Shown here piece by piece: positions 41,695-55,306 of a stretch of 64,000 nucleotides of DNA. Within the stretch, counting starts at the first letter, position 1; the number at the start of each line of letters is the position of its first letter. The stretch lies in the NCBI GenBank assembly GCA_951406725.2, contig OX597821.1, positions 66,774,001 to 66,838,000 of the forward strand, given 5' to 3'. The position numbers and the translations under genes are program-made. Under the pieces are notes generated by a model. That model had not been told where the DNA came from and made no database searches. It worked only from the letters and a program-made list of their open reading frames with translations. Source of the DNA: Octopus vulgaris (Eukaryota).

Positions 41695-41957
41695 TCTGCT
41701 CGCTTAGCCAGCGGGGTGGCGTCACTTGAAGGCTAAAACAATGCGAAGCGCATTGTGACCAGCGATGTGTAGCAACATCTGATAGCCTGGTCGGTCACGG
41801 TGATCACGGTGATATACATATATATACGACAGGCTTCTTTCAGTTTCCGGCTACCAAATCTACTCGCTTTGTTCGACTAAAACCCTTCAAGGCAGTGCCC
41901 TAGCATGGCTGCAGTCAAATGACTGAAACAAGTAAAAGAATAAAAATATAAAAGAAT
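41290..41957. mobile_element. Nested SINE A complex with an inverted internal segment and a second small insertion
   Basis: + head and + tail flank a - strand SINE A middle, bounded by TCGCTTT at 41451-41457 and 41864-41870. Confidence 0.72.
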
Positions 41958-43215
41958 ACCGAAGTATTACCATCTCGACTGAGGAATATTTTATCCGTTC
42001 AGTACCTAATATTTAGTGTAGTAATTATTTCATCTACGGTGTCCAGCAAATATTGGTTCTCGAATTTTCCATAAAGTGTTCCCATTCCCACCCAAAGCCT
42101 TTTGTATTTTGTACCACACGAGTTGCTTCATTTTTCTTCGTTTTTCTTTTTGGTTCCTAGAAATCAAGAAAATTTATTATTAATGCTAGCATTAATCATC
42201 CTATAATGAATATAAAATCATTTCTACTTTAGCCACGTGACTAGTCAAAAGTAATTAGCGGATGTAATCCAAACGTGAACCATGAAGCTGTTACGGATTT
42301 GTGTTTTCTATGGCTTCGTAGGAATTCACAACGCGTATATATATTTGTAAACACTTCTCTAAATTCCTCTCAAACGTCACCACCAATTCAGCACTCATTT
42401 AAATAGAATTTAAATAACACGATAACAAATTAAGACATTTTATACTCTTACGCAACTCATCGTAATTCCAAGTAGAGTGTTGTAAAGATGGCTACTTAAT
42501 CATGGCTCCTATTTTAACTTCTGATCACGTCAGATGCTTGCTATAAACTACATCACGTTTCAGGATTTTACTCTTTAATTGCATACAACTGAAAGAACAT
42601 AGAAACTCGGTGTTTTCAACAGAACTCATCAAGTTTCTGCCGTTTATGTAAGGATTCCGATTCCATAATAACTTGTATTTCTTTTATTTGCAATATTTTG
42701 TCAACATTAATTTACAGAAAGAAATCAAGGAACGCGTATTAGGTGTGTTAAATAGCCATAGCTATTACAGCTGCATGAATGGCAGCATTAACTCTCGTAA
42801 TACCAGAAATCTTAGAGATGCTGCTGTTAATAATGTTACTGTCAGTGATGTTGCTACTGTTCTTGTCCATAATAATGCATGTGATGATGATAATCATCAT
42901 CGTAAAGATACTCATTGGAGATCTTGTTAATGCCAGTGATAATTATGATAATGATCAACTTCCTGGTTATAATGACAATAATTCTATCAATAAACATATT
43001 TTATCACGTGTTCCATTAAGATCACAATGATGTTAACAGCATTTCGCCCTTCTTTACTTTCTGAGTTCAAAATCTGTTGAGGCCGACTTTGCGTTTCATC
43101 AATACGTGATCGCTAAAATGAGTTACCCCAACCCATCATAACATGCACACACAATTTCCTGTTTGAAGCTATAGTAGAAAGGATTATTATTATTGTTATT
43201 ATTATTATTATTATT

Positions 43216-45046
43216 CAGTAGTTTTATTTTTATAGCGTGCTTTCACTTCACTACCGAGCGCAGCTCTGTGTGCCTTAGGTATGTGCTGTGATTTGTTGTG
43301 ATGCTCTGATGGTTATTGTATGGAAAGTGTTCTGCGTAGGATGTGTGCAGTGCCTAGTAGTGAAATTTTCTGTATGTTATATATGTTTGTAAGTTCTGGT
43401 GTTTTGGTTATGTATTTGTCTGAATATTTTTTTATCATGCCTAATGCACCTACTATGATAGGAATTGTTTCTGTTTTCAGATTCCACATTCTAGTTACCT
43501 CTATTTCCAGGTCTTTGTATTTTGAGAGTTTCTCCATTTCTTTTAGAGACACGTTATCATCTGCCGGTATTGATACATCAATTAGAAAGCATTTTTTTTC
43601 TTCATGATCTCTGACAACTATATCTGGTCTGTTGGCCTTAATTTCTCTATCTGTGTGTATCGGCATATCCCAAAGTATGGTTGCTTTCTCGTTTTCTGTT
43701 ACCTTTTCTGGTGTGTGCCTATACCATCTTTTTTCTGTTGTTATTCCATAATGTTGGCATAGCTTTCAATGTATGTAGGTTCCAACTCTGTCATGTCTGT
43801 GAATATATTCCTTCTTAGCCAGGACTGGGCAGCCAGGGATAATATGATTTATTGTTTCTTGTCCATCTCCACATACCATGCAGTTACTTGTTATATTTCT
43901 TTTCATTACATGTTTTTGGTAATTTCAGGTGGGGAGGCTTTGGTCTTGTGCTGCAATTAAAAATCCCTCTGTCTCTGCTTTTAGTCCTGAGCTTCTCAAC
44001 CATGGCTGGGATTTTTCTTTGTCTATTTCTTTTGCGTTTAGTTTAGTCCAGTATTTACCATGAAGGGGCTTTTCTTGCCTTCGTTTTATCATGGTTCGTT
44101 GCTGTTTTATAGCTTTTGTTGTTTCTTCATCTTCTTCTTCTTCTTCATATTTATTAGGTGGTATGATTTCTTGTTTGTATTTGTCAGCTTCCTTAAATAC
44201 TGAAAACGGTTTTTTGTTTTGCTCGTGTTTTGCCGCTATTCGTATCAGTTTTCCTTCCTTCTAAAGTAGATATTTTTGCAGTCCTATGGTGGTTATTTTA
44301 TAGTAGTTTTCCAGCTATATAAGGCCTCTACCACCTTCTATACGTTGTATATATAGTCTTTCTATGTCAGATTTTGGGGGATGCATCCTAGATCCTGTCA
44401 TTATTTTTCTTGTTTTCCTATCTATTTTGGTCAGTTCATTTAGTGTCCAGTTAAGGATATTGTAGCTGTAACTTATAACTGGGACAGCTAAAGTGTTAAT
44501 ACCTATTATCTTGTTTTTAGCATTGAGCTCTGTTTTTAGTATTGTTCTAACTCGTCTATAATATTCTTTTTTTATTTTCTCTTTCATTTGTGTGTATTGT
44601 GTCTTATCTAGTTCATGGATGGCTTTGGTCTAATTCTTTTATTTCATTGGTTTTATCTAGTGTGATGTTGTTACTCTTAACTAGTTTTCCTCTTTTCAGG
44701 GTTACTTTGGCGCATTTTTCTAATCCAAATTTCATATCTATTTCTTTGGTAAATCCATGAACTGCCTTTAATAGTGTTTCCAGCTGTTTGTCATTTGCAG
44801 CATATAGTTTTAGGTCATCCATATATAAAAGTTGGCTGATCGTTTTGCCGTAACATTTATATCCGCATCCAGTTCTATTTAGCATATCAGATAGAGGTGA
44901 CAGTGCCAAGCAGAAAAGGAGTGGAGAGAGCGTGTCTCCCTGGAATATTCCTCTACTAATGGGGATGGCTTTGGTTTTCATGAGTTCCTCTTTTGTTTGG
45001 AGCTGTAGCACTGCTTGCCATTATTCATAGAGTGCCCTATGAATTT
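43216..45046 (-). mobile_element. R4/Dong-type non-LTR retrotransposon (RT, CCHC knuckle, restriction-like endonuclease), 5'-truncated and frameshifted, in (TAA)n
   Basis: GIFQGDTLSPLLF and LLYMDDLKLY (RT); GGRGLI; CMVCGDGQETINHIIPGCPVLAKKEYIHRHD (zinc knuckle plus RHD); RPDIVV..LIDVSIP..KLSKYKDL..IVGALG (PD-D/ExK RLE). TAA repeats on both sides. Confidence 0.92.
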
Positions 45047-45159
45047 CATTATTATTATTATTATTGTTGTTGTTGTTGTTGTCGTTGCTGTTGTTGTTGT
45101 TGTAGTTGCTGTTGTTGTTGTTGTTGTTGTTATCATCAGCATCAGTATTATCATTATCA

Positions 45160-45478
45160 TGTGATACATTTTCACAGCTTACTTTGGTGGGTATGATGGA
45201 AAATGTCAGCTGTCCAGAGACAGTAGACTAAGGTGACAATTGTTTACTCGTTATGCTTCAAGAACTCTACGAAGAATTCTTGCAGTTCAAAGCAATGCTG
45301 ATTTTTGTAGGTGTTCTACCTTCACACTTGCACCAATCTTTTTCAGCAATGCTGGTATCTGCGTGGTGATACTTCCAAGTGCACCAATTACTATTGGTAT
45401 CACACCTACTCTCCGTATTTCCCACTTTAAATCGTCATAGTTGTCCACAACCTTCGTATTTCCCACTTTAAATCATCA
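45160..45478 (-). mobile_element. Second R4/Dong-type 3' fragment from a different subfamily
   Basis: YDDLKWEIRRVGVIPIVIGALGSITTQIP...VEHLQKSALL*TARILRRVLEA*. Confidence 0.8.
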
Positions 45479-45484
45479 TTGTTG

Positions 45485-45486
45485 TA

Positions 45487-45570
<84 letters not shown>

Positions 45571-45755
45571 TATTGTATTTGCACATCTTCTAACGCTGGA
45601 GATGCACTACGGTGCCAGCTGTTCACTACCCGTGAACTAAGGTAACATCCCATATTTTTCGAGCACCATCAGGAGTATTCGAGCGGTTCCAAGCAGTGCT
45701 GTTTTCTGCAAGTGATCCACCCTTATTGCAGCCCCTATTTGCTCCATGTAGTTAC

Positions 45756-45821
<66 letters not shown>

Positions 45822-45822
45822 C

Positions 45823-45908
<86 letters not shown>

Positions 45909-45925
45909 CATCATTATTATTATTA
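45485..45925. repeat. (TAT)n/(TAA)n microsatellite tracts
   Basis: Direct inspection; they explain the poly-I, poly-Y and poly-N ORFs. Confidence 0.95.
45575..45752 (-). mobile_element. Third R4/Dong-type 3' fragment between long (TAT)n runs
   Basis: EQIGAAIRVDHLQKTALLGTARILLMVLEK. Confidence 0.78.
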
Positions 45926-45929
45926 TGTG

Positions 45930-47100
45930 TGTTTCTCTGACCGAGAACGTTCAGAAAATGAGTATAACAGTCGACCTGAAAATCCTCCAAATCAGATGTT
46001 CAAATATACTCGCATCGATGTTCAGAAATATTTGGAGGAGATCATCATGTCCACCCATCTCATTATCAACAGAATATTCAGTCATTTAACCGGCCAGATT
46101 GTACAAGCTGTAGAGCACAGTGAGTGTCTCGAAATATTTCATATGATAAAGGCTCAACCTAGGTCCATACTTAATCCAGGATTGGAACATGGGCAAAAAG
46201 ACAAGTACAAAAGTTAACTTCCATGTTCATTATCGTCTTTATCCTGAAATTTTTGCAGATGTTTGTCGCAACTTCGGTACCTTCAGAGTCCTTTGTAATT
46301 GTCATAAACAGCAGATAAATTGGGCCGGCAGCACCATCTTTCTCTCAAGAACAAACGTGTGAGAATAATATCTAACAGCCTTAATTTTTCGTAGAAAAAT
46401 GCAATTCAGTTAGACATTAGAACCCTACTAAAGCAATATCAAAAATAATATACTCTTTTCTGAACTTCCAGGAGCGTCTTTCTTTCTGCTCATTTCTAAG
46501 TGAGAGTGGTAACAACACGCGACCACTTCTGAGTTTGTGTTCACTTGGAGGTCTGCTCTGAATCAGATCCCAAGAAGCTCAACCAGACTCTCGACCCAGT
46601 TGCAGAATCCACTATCTCGGTAGAGTTTCTTCATCAGATAATAATTTCAGGTATATTGACTGGTTCCGGTTAAAAATGTTCATACTATCTGTCGCTGGTT
46701 TTCAAAGTAGTTCTGACCGTCATGAGTACCACTGTCTCCGGCCATTGGCATGTGCTTTCATAGCTTTTCTATATCTCAGTTCTAGTGGGATTCTTTTCAA
46801 CATGTCCATCCTCCGAAGGAAAGGCTTCGGGGCGACAACAAACTTAAGATATGAAAAGGGACATCATCATTGAAACATGTATGTAATACAAAATGGTTCT
46901 TATTGTTTAGCTTAACTCCTGACCAGTTGCAGCTCTTGATTGTAGAGATACAAAGATTGAGGTCATGAATAAAACTGGAGAGCTGAATGAGGCAAAAGTT
47001 GACCTGCTGCATGCTTTAAACTGATCGATGCCAGATCTAGTGCGAAATCCTATCTAAGATATATCACGAGGTGGGGCTTGTAGGTGAGAAATCTGCCTAT
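45930..47100 (-). pseudogene. Heavily decayed L1/Tx1-like RT remnant
   Basis: Collinear minus-strand peptides DQFKACSR (~LDQEKAFDRV), SGVKLN, CPFSYLKFVVAPKPFLRR (~GCPLSPLLYVLALEPFLRR) and AHANG (~AYADD). Confidence 0.42.
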
Positions 47101-48289
47101 AAGGGTACCTGTTTGAGCAACAGGCGACTGTCAAGTTAAGGGCTAACACCTTTACGATAGTCTTTAAATACATTTCCGTTTAGTAGAGTTAAAAGCAATG
47201 AAACATCTAAGTACAGAAACTTTTTGGTGTTCTAAACCATTTCGCCAGACTTTTGCTCACTTCACTACTCTAAGTGATCTTAGTCTACAGACGTCTGCTA
47301 TACGCAGCTGTCAAAACAGGCACAAACAAGTCTGACATTCAGCAGTAAAACTCGTAGGAGAAACCATTTATTAGCGACAACTTACCAGAACCGCTATCCC
47401 AACATTTACCGTCTGACATTCTAACAATTCTGCAAGTAAACCGCTTTGGGTTGGTACTTCTATTCGTCGACCTCGAAACGTGGCAATGCTAACCTGAACT
47501 CAGTGGAACTTGAACTCATAACGATGTGAGTCGAAACAAGTACCTTGAAACATCTCATTTAACGTTCTAATGACTCTGTCAATTTGCCGCCTTTTATTAT
47601 TGGTTATGATTAAGATTCTGGAATGAGTAGATTTTGCTGTTCACTAACATTTCTTGCGTTTAATACGTTTCTGTCATACTTGTCTTCCTATTTCTGCCTG
47701 AAAAATTAGCCATTTCTTGTATATTGATAGATTTATTAACAACTTATGAATGACCGACTCTTCTTTAAAATATTGTAACTGATGAAAACAAAAGCGTGTC
47801 TTTCATTTAGCTATTTCTATGCTAACTAGGAGTAAATTTTGAGATGCCAGATCCAGCATAAAGTCTTTAAAAGGTCGTCAATTTCATTTTTTTAACGTTG
47901 CAAAACATCATTAAAAGACAAAATAGTAGACTAGACATGATGTACAGATTAAAGGTGCATTGATCAAGCTATGGGGGACGAAACAAAGACATGTTTTATT
48001 ACAAAAGCCAAACGAATTGAGAAATATGAGTGCAGAAAATGCGGATGTGAAGAGAATCGAATATTTTCACCTAAGAAAACTCAATGCTTCAGAAACTTGA
48101 TCGATGAAGACTTTGATCTTACAATCAAATCCAGAAATAGGCATTTAGTGTCGAATTGTTATCTAAGACATTTCTGTTAATTTCAGAAGTGACATTATGT
48201 GGATTGAAGAAGTAGAAGATAAATTCGAAATGAAGTATAAATTAAAGTGATAAAACTTAGACAATAAATATGAAAGAAGAAATATTGGC

Positions 48290-48470
48290 TTCCGATTTTG
48301 ACGAAGAGGGTAAATCGATTACATCAACCTAGTGCTCAACTGGTATTTATTCTATCAACCCGAAAGGATGAAAGGCCAAGCTAATCTTGACGGAATAGAA
48401 CGAAAAGATGGATGAAATGCGGATGAGCATTTTGCCGGGCGCGCTAACGGTTCTGCAAGATCACCGCGTT
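48290..48470 (-). mobile_element. SINE family B, diverged
   Basis: Core and head homology. Confidence 0.65.
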
Positions 48471-50946
48471 TGAAGAACAAATATCGACGGATATTATCAC
48501 TCGTTGCTCTAATGACTCTTCGGATTCGCCGTTTCGCAAATAATTCCAAGATATAGAAGAGAAATACATAAATGTGTTTAAAATATCATGTATGTCTTTC
48601 AAGTTGAAGTAATGATGAGATTTCATGTAGAAATGCAGGTATGTCTAAATAGTTCACGAGCATGCTTTGCAAGAACGTTCGAACCCACTGCGCGACACCT
48701 TGGTGCATTCTCCTCTCATACAGTCCTCGATCGACCGCGAGTGATTGTTGGTAGATGCGACTTGTATGGTGGCCACTCGAAAATGCCGTTGCACTTCTAG
48801 AATTATATTCTTAGATCGCGACTGAAATTCAGAACTTCACATGCAACAAAGTTTTGGATCGTTTTGCTCTGTTCGGGATATCTAGAGTCGGCAAGGCCGG
48901 CCTCTGCTTAGCCTGCTCCTCTTTGTAGGCATTGGTAGATAGGGAGGGTTTATGCTCGGATTGCTCCTCCAAGTCTAGCTACCTTCCAAGACAACCGAAC
49001 ACAGACCACCCACTCAGCTATGCAAGCATTGTAGCTGTGGATAGACGAGTACCTTCTCTAAGAGATATACTTACGAAAAGATCAATATGTACCTCACTCC
49101 CAGTGGTCTCACAGGAAGCATCACTGAATTTCTAACACCCCGGATTATTAACAGATGTTCGTCGGCAATACCTGAAGTTCATCCACCGTTTTGCCATGCG
49201 TTTGTTTTGCCTTACTTGGTTTCTGTAAATCTCCTAACTAGCTGAACCAGGGGTAGTATTAATTTGTTGCTCGGTTTAACTGCAACGTCCGACACATAGG
49301 TGTTTTTATCACAGTCCATTCTATGGCAATTATTCAAGACATGTTCTTGGTCTAGAGATAAATTTCTCTTTTTTGCCTAACAGACAAAATTCTTGAAAAG
49401 CCTATAACATTCCCTTTCTTCCATCAATAGCGTCATTAAAAAAAAAAAGAGAGCTGTGAAAGAAGATATACATCATATAAAGACGAATTTCTGAACAGAA
49501 ATTCGGTTAAGATAGGCACGTTGTCTGCTTTTTTAGAGAGACATTATATAATATGACCACCTTGGTTGTTACGAGCGAGTGTTTGTGCAAAAAGATATAT
49601 GCAATGAAATATTTATGCATTGAAAGAAAAGTGAGAGTGGTCATTGTATTTTTTAAATAGAAAAATGAGAAAGAAGAATGAACTGCTAGGAAAAGAGGGA
49701 AATTAAGAAGAATATTTGTTCCATTAAAAAGGAACAAAGCTATTCCGTCTCAATATTGAACACAAAGTGAAGTTTAGCAATAAACCTTCGCAGTATTATT
49801 GGGAAACAATAAATTGTGCATGGAAAGTAATCTTGTGAACTCTGGGAAAAAAGCAAAAACAAAAAAAAAAACTATAAAAAAAAACTCACTGCAAAATCGC
49901 TCGGCAGGTTTCTTTTCACTTAGTATAAAAGAGAGAAATATTTACTAGCTTAGATCAAAGAAGAAATAGCGAGCACAATATCATGAAAACAATTTAGAGG
50001 ATTGGAAATGATGTTATATTAAAAGCTATACTGTACTACGTATTTTATCTATAGATTTTTTTAAGCAACATTCTTTTAGACAGATGTAAACACCTTGGCT
50101 TTATATACGATATCTTTGCAGTGAGGAAAATGAGAGATCAATCGTTCTAGATTCAAACTTATGCTGGTATTTCATTAGTGACTCATAACTCCCTCAAAGT
50201 TAGCTTATAAATCCACCATTACTAAGGACCTGGGTACATTGAATACACCAGTTTTTTTTTGGCAGCTAGTATGATAAATACATTATTATTGCATTAGGAG
50301 TGTTTTGTTTCAATTCTTCTCCGTTCTACAGAATACAGCTATCGATTATCAACCGAGACTATATGGAGAGATCAGTGTAAACACCTGGGCTTTAAATAAA
50401 ATATATTCTTGTACAGAAAAATACAGACAAGCCTGCACGGTTGTATTTGTAACTCTTAAAATAAGGTTATTACTTTAAAACAAGCTTGAGTGTAAGGACG
50501 GAACATATATGGATGGGGTGACTTTATACAGAGAGTTCAGCCTATGGATTTCCTCAACCAGTAGTTGAAAAGACCGATAGACGAATTTCGAAGTCCCACT
50601 CAACTTCATCGATTTATAATTACAGAATTATTATGTAGTTCTGTATAGGGCTGAGGGAAAATATTACCATATCAATAATCATATTTATTAGTCGAAATAT
50701 CTGATAAAGATGTGGAACAGTGTGTCCGATTTATCTAACACCAAAGAAATAGTAAGAGTTTTATTTCTTAAGCCATATCTTTCTAGATAATAGAAAAGAG
50801 CACTCAGGACCTTATCATCCCCTAACTCAAAATTGAAACCAATCTCTTTGATCCATTTTATTTTTTGTACACGATGGTACTCTCTAGAAAACAAGATATC
50901 TACAACATTCTATATTTACTTTTGGCTACATATCTATAGATATGTT

Positions 50947-51362
50947 CCTATTTCTTTATTGTCCACAAGGGGCTAAACATAGAGGGATAAAACAAGGACA
51001 AAGGTATTAAATCGATAACATCGACCCCAGTACGTAACTTGTACTTAATTTATCGACCCCGAAAGGATGGAAGGCAAAGTCGACCTCGGCGGAATTTGAA
51101 CTCAGAACGTAGCGGCAGACGAAATACCTATTTCTTTACTACTCTCAAGGGACTAAACACAGAGAGGACAAACAAGGACAGACATACGGATTAAGTCGAT
51201 TATATCGACCACAGTGCGTAACTGGTACTTATTTAATCGACCCCGAAAGTATGAAAGGCAAAGTCGACCTCGGCGGAATTTGAACTGAGAACGTAGCGGC
51301 AGACGGAATACCACGAAGCATTTCGTCCGGCGTGCTAACGATTCTGCCAGCTCGCCGCCTTC
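50947..51362 (-). mobile_element. SINE family B, dimer
   Basis: Junction GACGAAATAC|CTATTTCT at 51127/51128. Confidence 0.87.
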
Positions 51363-51371
51363 TACATATCT

Positions 51372-51775
51372 ATCATCATCATCATTGTTCGACCGTGGTC
51401 GAGATAATGGAATTTACTATGTTACGCCAGACTTCACGGTCCATCATAGCATTACGGAGGTCCTGTTGGTGGATGCCTGTATCCCTGGAGATTACATCAG
51501 GGTAGGAGAGTGTGCGCCCTCTGGTATTGCGAGTAGATGGCCTCCAGAGGAGAAGAGTAGAAATTACTTCTTTTGCAGCTCTACAACAATGTCCAGCAAA
51601 CTGGACTCTCCTACCTTTCACAAGAGATGACACAGGTGGTAGTTTCCCATATATTTGCATTTTGGTTGGATGGCGCTTCCACGAGAGGTTTTGAGCTCTC
51701 ATAAGGAGGCGAATGTAGGTTCCATCCAACCGCCTCTCAAGCTTCTTTGATAACGTCCAGGTTTCTGAGCCATTC
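51372..51775 (-). mobile_element. RTE-group LINE 3' fragment with (TGA)n tail
   Basis: GSETWTLSKKLERRLDGTYIRLL...RRVQFAGHC...RGRTLSYPD...DREVWR; the stop codon merges into a TGATGATGA tail. Confidence 0.85.
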
Positions 51776-52709
51776 TGCGATACTGTATACCATTGAAAAA
51801 TAAAAAAAAGCTCGAACTAACATTCTGATATCTGATATTTCGTTTATCTGATTTGCTTTACCTTTAGATATGGTAAGTTAATGAGCAGTCTTTCTAAACA
51901 GTTAAAGAAAGTCATCAGTTGAAGGTGAACTTCTAAAACAGGATTGAAGCCAATCTGACGCTTCGTTCACCAATTCATTGTATATGAAGACAAAGCTTTC
52001 TTTATATCTGTCCATACCTAAAATGTTGGATACAAGTCTATAGATATATTTATAACATTTTTACAACATTGAAACAATATCCTATTAATACACAGGTAAT
52101 TTAAACTTAAAAACCGCATTAGTTATGCGAGAAGGAAAGCCACAGAAAACTGTTAGAATCCGTCATAAAAGATTTACAAGATATAACTATTAATATAATT
52201 AGTTATTCCAACGACGGTTATTTTAGGAGGATAGCAATGGCAAACATGACAATTAGACAATTAGGAATGATTTCTCAGTGTATGTGAAGATCAGTTAGAG
52301 AAGATAATATACACAAATAAAATTGAATATAATGTCAAATATTAAGAAATATATTTAGAAAATATTTCTGAAAGAGTGATGTGGAGAGACACAATGGTCA
52401 TATATATTTGCAAATAAGCTTCCATGAACAGCAAAATCAGCAGCAGCGAAAGGAAGCGGTTCTATTGTTAGAATTTTTGAATGCGAGAAAGCGAAAACTA
52501 TTACATGACAAAGATGTAACTAATGGGATTAATTGTTTTTATTGCTATGGTTTAGTACCAGGTCAGTCATTATGTAGACGAACGATGTTGAAAGACATTC
52601 TGGCCGTGACCATCCAGTCGTCCATCATCATCATTTCGTCTGTTGTTTTATAGCGGACTGCATTATCGAATGCGTCACTAAATTTTTTTAAAACAATAGG
52701 TTGTAATAT

Positions 52710-53120
52710 ACTCTTTTACTCTATTACTTGTTTCAGCCATTTGACTGTGGCCATGCTGGAGCACCGCCTTTTAGTCGAGCAAATCGACCCCAGGACTTAT
52801 TCTTTGTAAGCCTAGTACTTATTCTATCGGTGTCTTTTTCTGACCTGCTAAGTCACAGGGACGTCAACACACCAGCATCGGTTGTCATGCGATGTTGGTG
52901 GGGGACAAACACACACAAACACACACCAACATATATGTACATATACATATATACGGCGGGCTTCTTTCAGTTTCCGTCTACCGAATCCACTCACAAGGCT
53001 TTGGTCGGCCCGAGGCTATAGTAGAAGACACTTGCCCAAAGTGCCACGCAGTAGGGCTGAACCCTGAACCATGTGGTTGGTAAGCATGCTACTTACCACA
53101 CAGTCACTCCTACACCTATA
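52710..53120 (-). mobile_element. SINE family A, full length
   Basis: Homology to family A. Confidence 0.88.
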
Positions 53121-53799
53121 TGTCTATCGATTTATACCAAGTTGAGGGTTCATGAACAAAGCCTATTCACCAACTCGGTTTTGATCAGTTGATTACCAAT
53201 TCACCAATTTTCTATTATAGCTACCGGGGCTGAATATATGAAAACGTGAAAGCCTTTATGTATTCGCTTGATCTGACAGAAATAGACTCAAAAGCCACCC
53301 TTAATTCACACGTTACTATCTTCAAACAGCTCACTTTTATAAGATATACCTGTAGACTCATGATAAAGGCAAGAGTTTCAGAGCTGGAAACAGCTTTCAT
53401 CATAATTCACGTTTATCAGAGCTGAAAGAGGCAGAATATCAACGACGGATACTTTTTAAATATTTGATGTGGTAGATACGTTATGTCTGAAAATTAGATG
53501 ATACTATCACTGTCGGAATATATCTGGTTATAGATCTGGTCGATAGAGCTGCTCTGGGGTTAATCAACAACAACAACAACAACAACAACAATAACATCAA
53601 CGTCAACAACAGTATTGGCTTACTTGTTTAATGTTGAGAAATAACTTGAATTAAATAACATGATAGTTACAGTACTGAGTGATAAAAAAATATTTAAACA
53701 ATATGCATGAATAATTAAGCTTAAGAAAAAATACTATATATGATAGTTGCTTAAGTATAATGAATAATAAGCAGTATCATAGTAACACATGTAACATTC

Positions 53800-54158
53800 A
53801 TCGTGGCCTCCTTCGGTTACGACGACGAGGGTTCCAGTATTTCCGATCAATGGAACAGCCTTCTCGCGAAATTAACGTGCAGGTGGCTAAGCACTCCATA
53901 GAGAGGTGTACTCTTAAAGTAGTTCTCGGGGAGATTCAGCGTGACACAGAACGTATCAAGGCTGGCCCCTTTGAAATTCAGGTACAGCAGAAACAGTGGG
54001 AGAAAGTTATGGCGAAAGAGTACAATAGGGATCGCCACCGCCACCTGCCGGAATCTCGTGGAGCTTTAGGTGTTTTCACTCAATAAACACTCACAACGCC
54101 CGGTTTGGGAATCGAAAGCGGGAGTCCGCTGCCTTAACCACTGGGCCGGTGTGCTTTC
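53800..54158 (-). mobile_element. tRNA-derived SINE (head C + tail X)
   Basis: Reverse-complement homology to 25835-26170 and to the head of the 29798 copy. Confidence 0.8.
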
Positions 54159-54354
54159 ACAGATGTGGCATTAGTGAAGTAACATAATGTATTTGGAGAG
54201 TCGCTTGAGCGTTGGATGTTATAGTTTACATGTTTCTTCCACCCTTGCTCTGTTTTCAAAGTTCGCTGCGTCCGGTTTTGTGTGTCATTTGTAGTGGGAT
54301 TGCGGATAAGTTCGAAAAGATGAAGTACCAGTAATAAGTTCATCATCATCTCGT

Positions 54355-54390
<36 letters not shown>

Positions 54391-54517
54391 CTTTCTCCAT
54401 TTCTTTCTCGGTCTCTATCTATGTCTATCACTGTATGTATCTGCCTATCTCTCGATCGCTGTAATAGATGGAATATTTCTTCTCTTCTCTCACGTTCTCT
54501 CTCTCTCTTTCGCTCGC

Positions 54518-54554
<37 letters not shown>

Positions 54555-55115
54555 TTCTCCTTCTCTCTCTTCCACTCTATCCATCTAGGCATTTATCCTT
54601 CAATCGCTGGAAAAAAATGGGCTATAGTCATACATGGGAAGAGATAGGCTCCATTTGTGCTGGATGACCAAAATAATATTTATATCTCGATGCCACCACC
54701 AAAACTTGTAAAGATATTGAAGCTCTATGGCAAGAGAAATATAATTAAAAGTTATTAATTAACACGAGATTAAAATGTGTGGAATTTAGTGTGACTGTTC
54801 ATTGCCCTTTTCGAAAGCAAGGCTGCAATATGTAGAAGTTAATCATGTTCATAAAGCGATTTAGTACATACTAGACGGGAGCCAAAAGAGCATAACACTA
54901 GGTAGACCTCCAGGTTGCTTGGAATAGCAGTAAAACTTCGATCGAATCCCACTTTATTGTTTCAAAACTGAGGAAGAACGCACTGGATAATATCATCCTT
55001 CATTTACTACATCATTTCCTGGTAGCATTCAGTATAAATCTTCCAGCATTCTCAGACCTCTGGTCCTACTGATAAAATGAGCTAAAATCGCCTTGACATT
55101 CACATCATACATACA

Positions 55116-55148
<33 letters not shown>

Positions 55149-55230
55149 TTATGTACATATGTATACGTGTAGGCGTGTGTCTGTGTGCCTGTGTGCAGAT
55201 ATATTTGTATATGTTATATGTTTATATGCC

Positions 55231-55306
<76 letters not shown>

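Noticed and set aside
45637-46217. Poly-N, poly-Y and poly-I ORFs
   Set aside because: They are (TAT)n translations; only the RLE tail peptide is meaningful.
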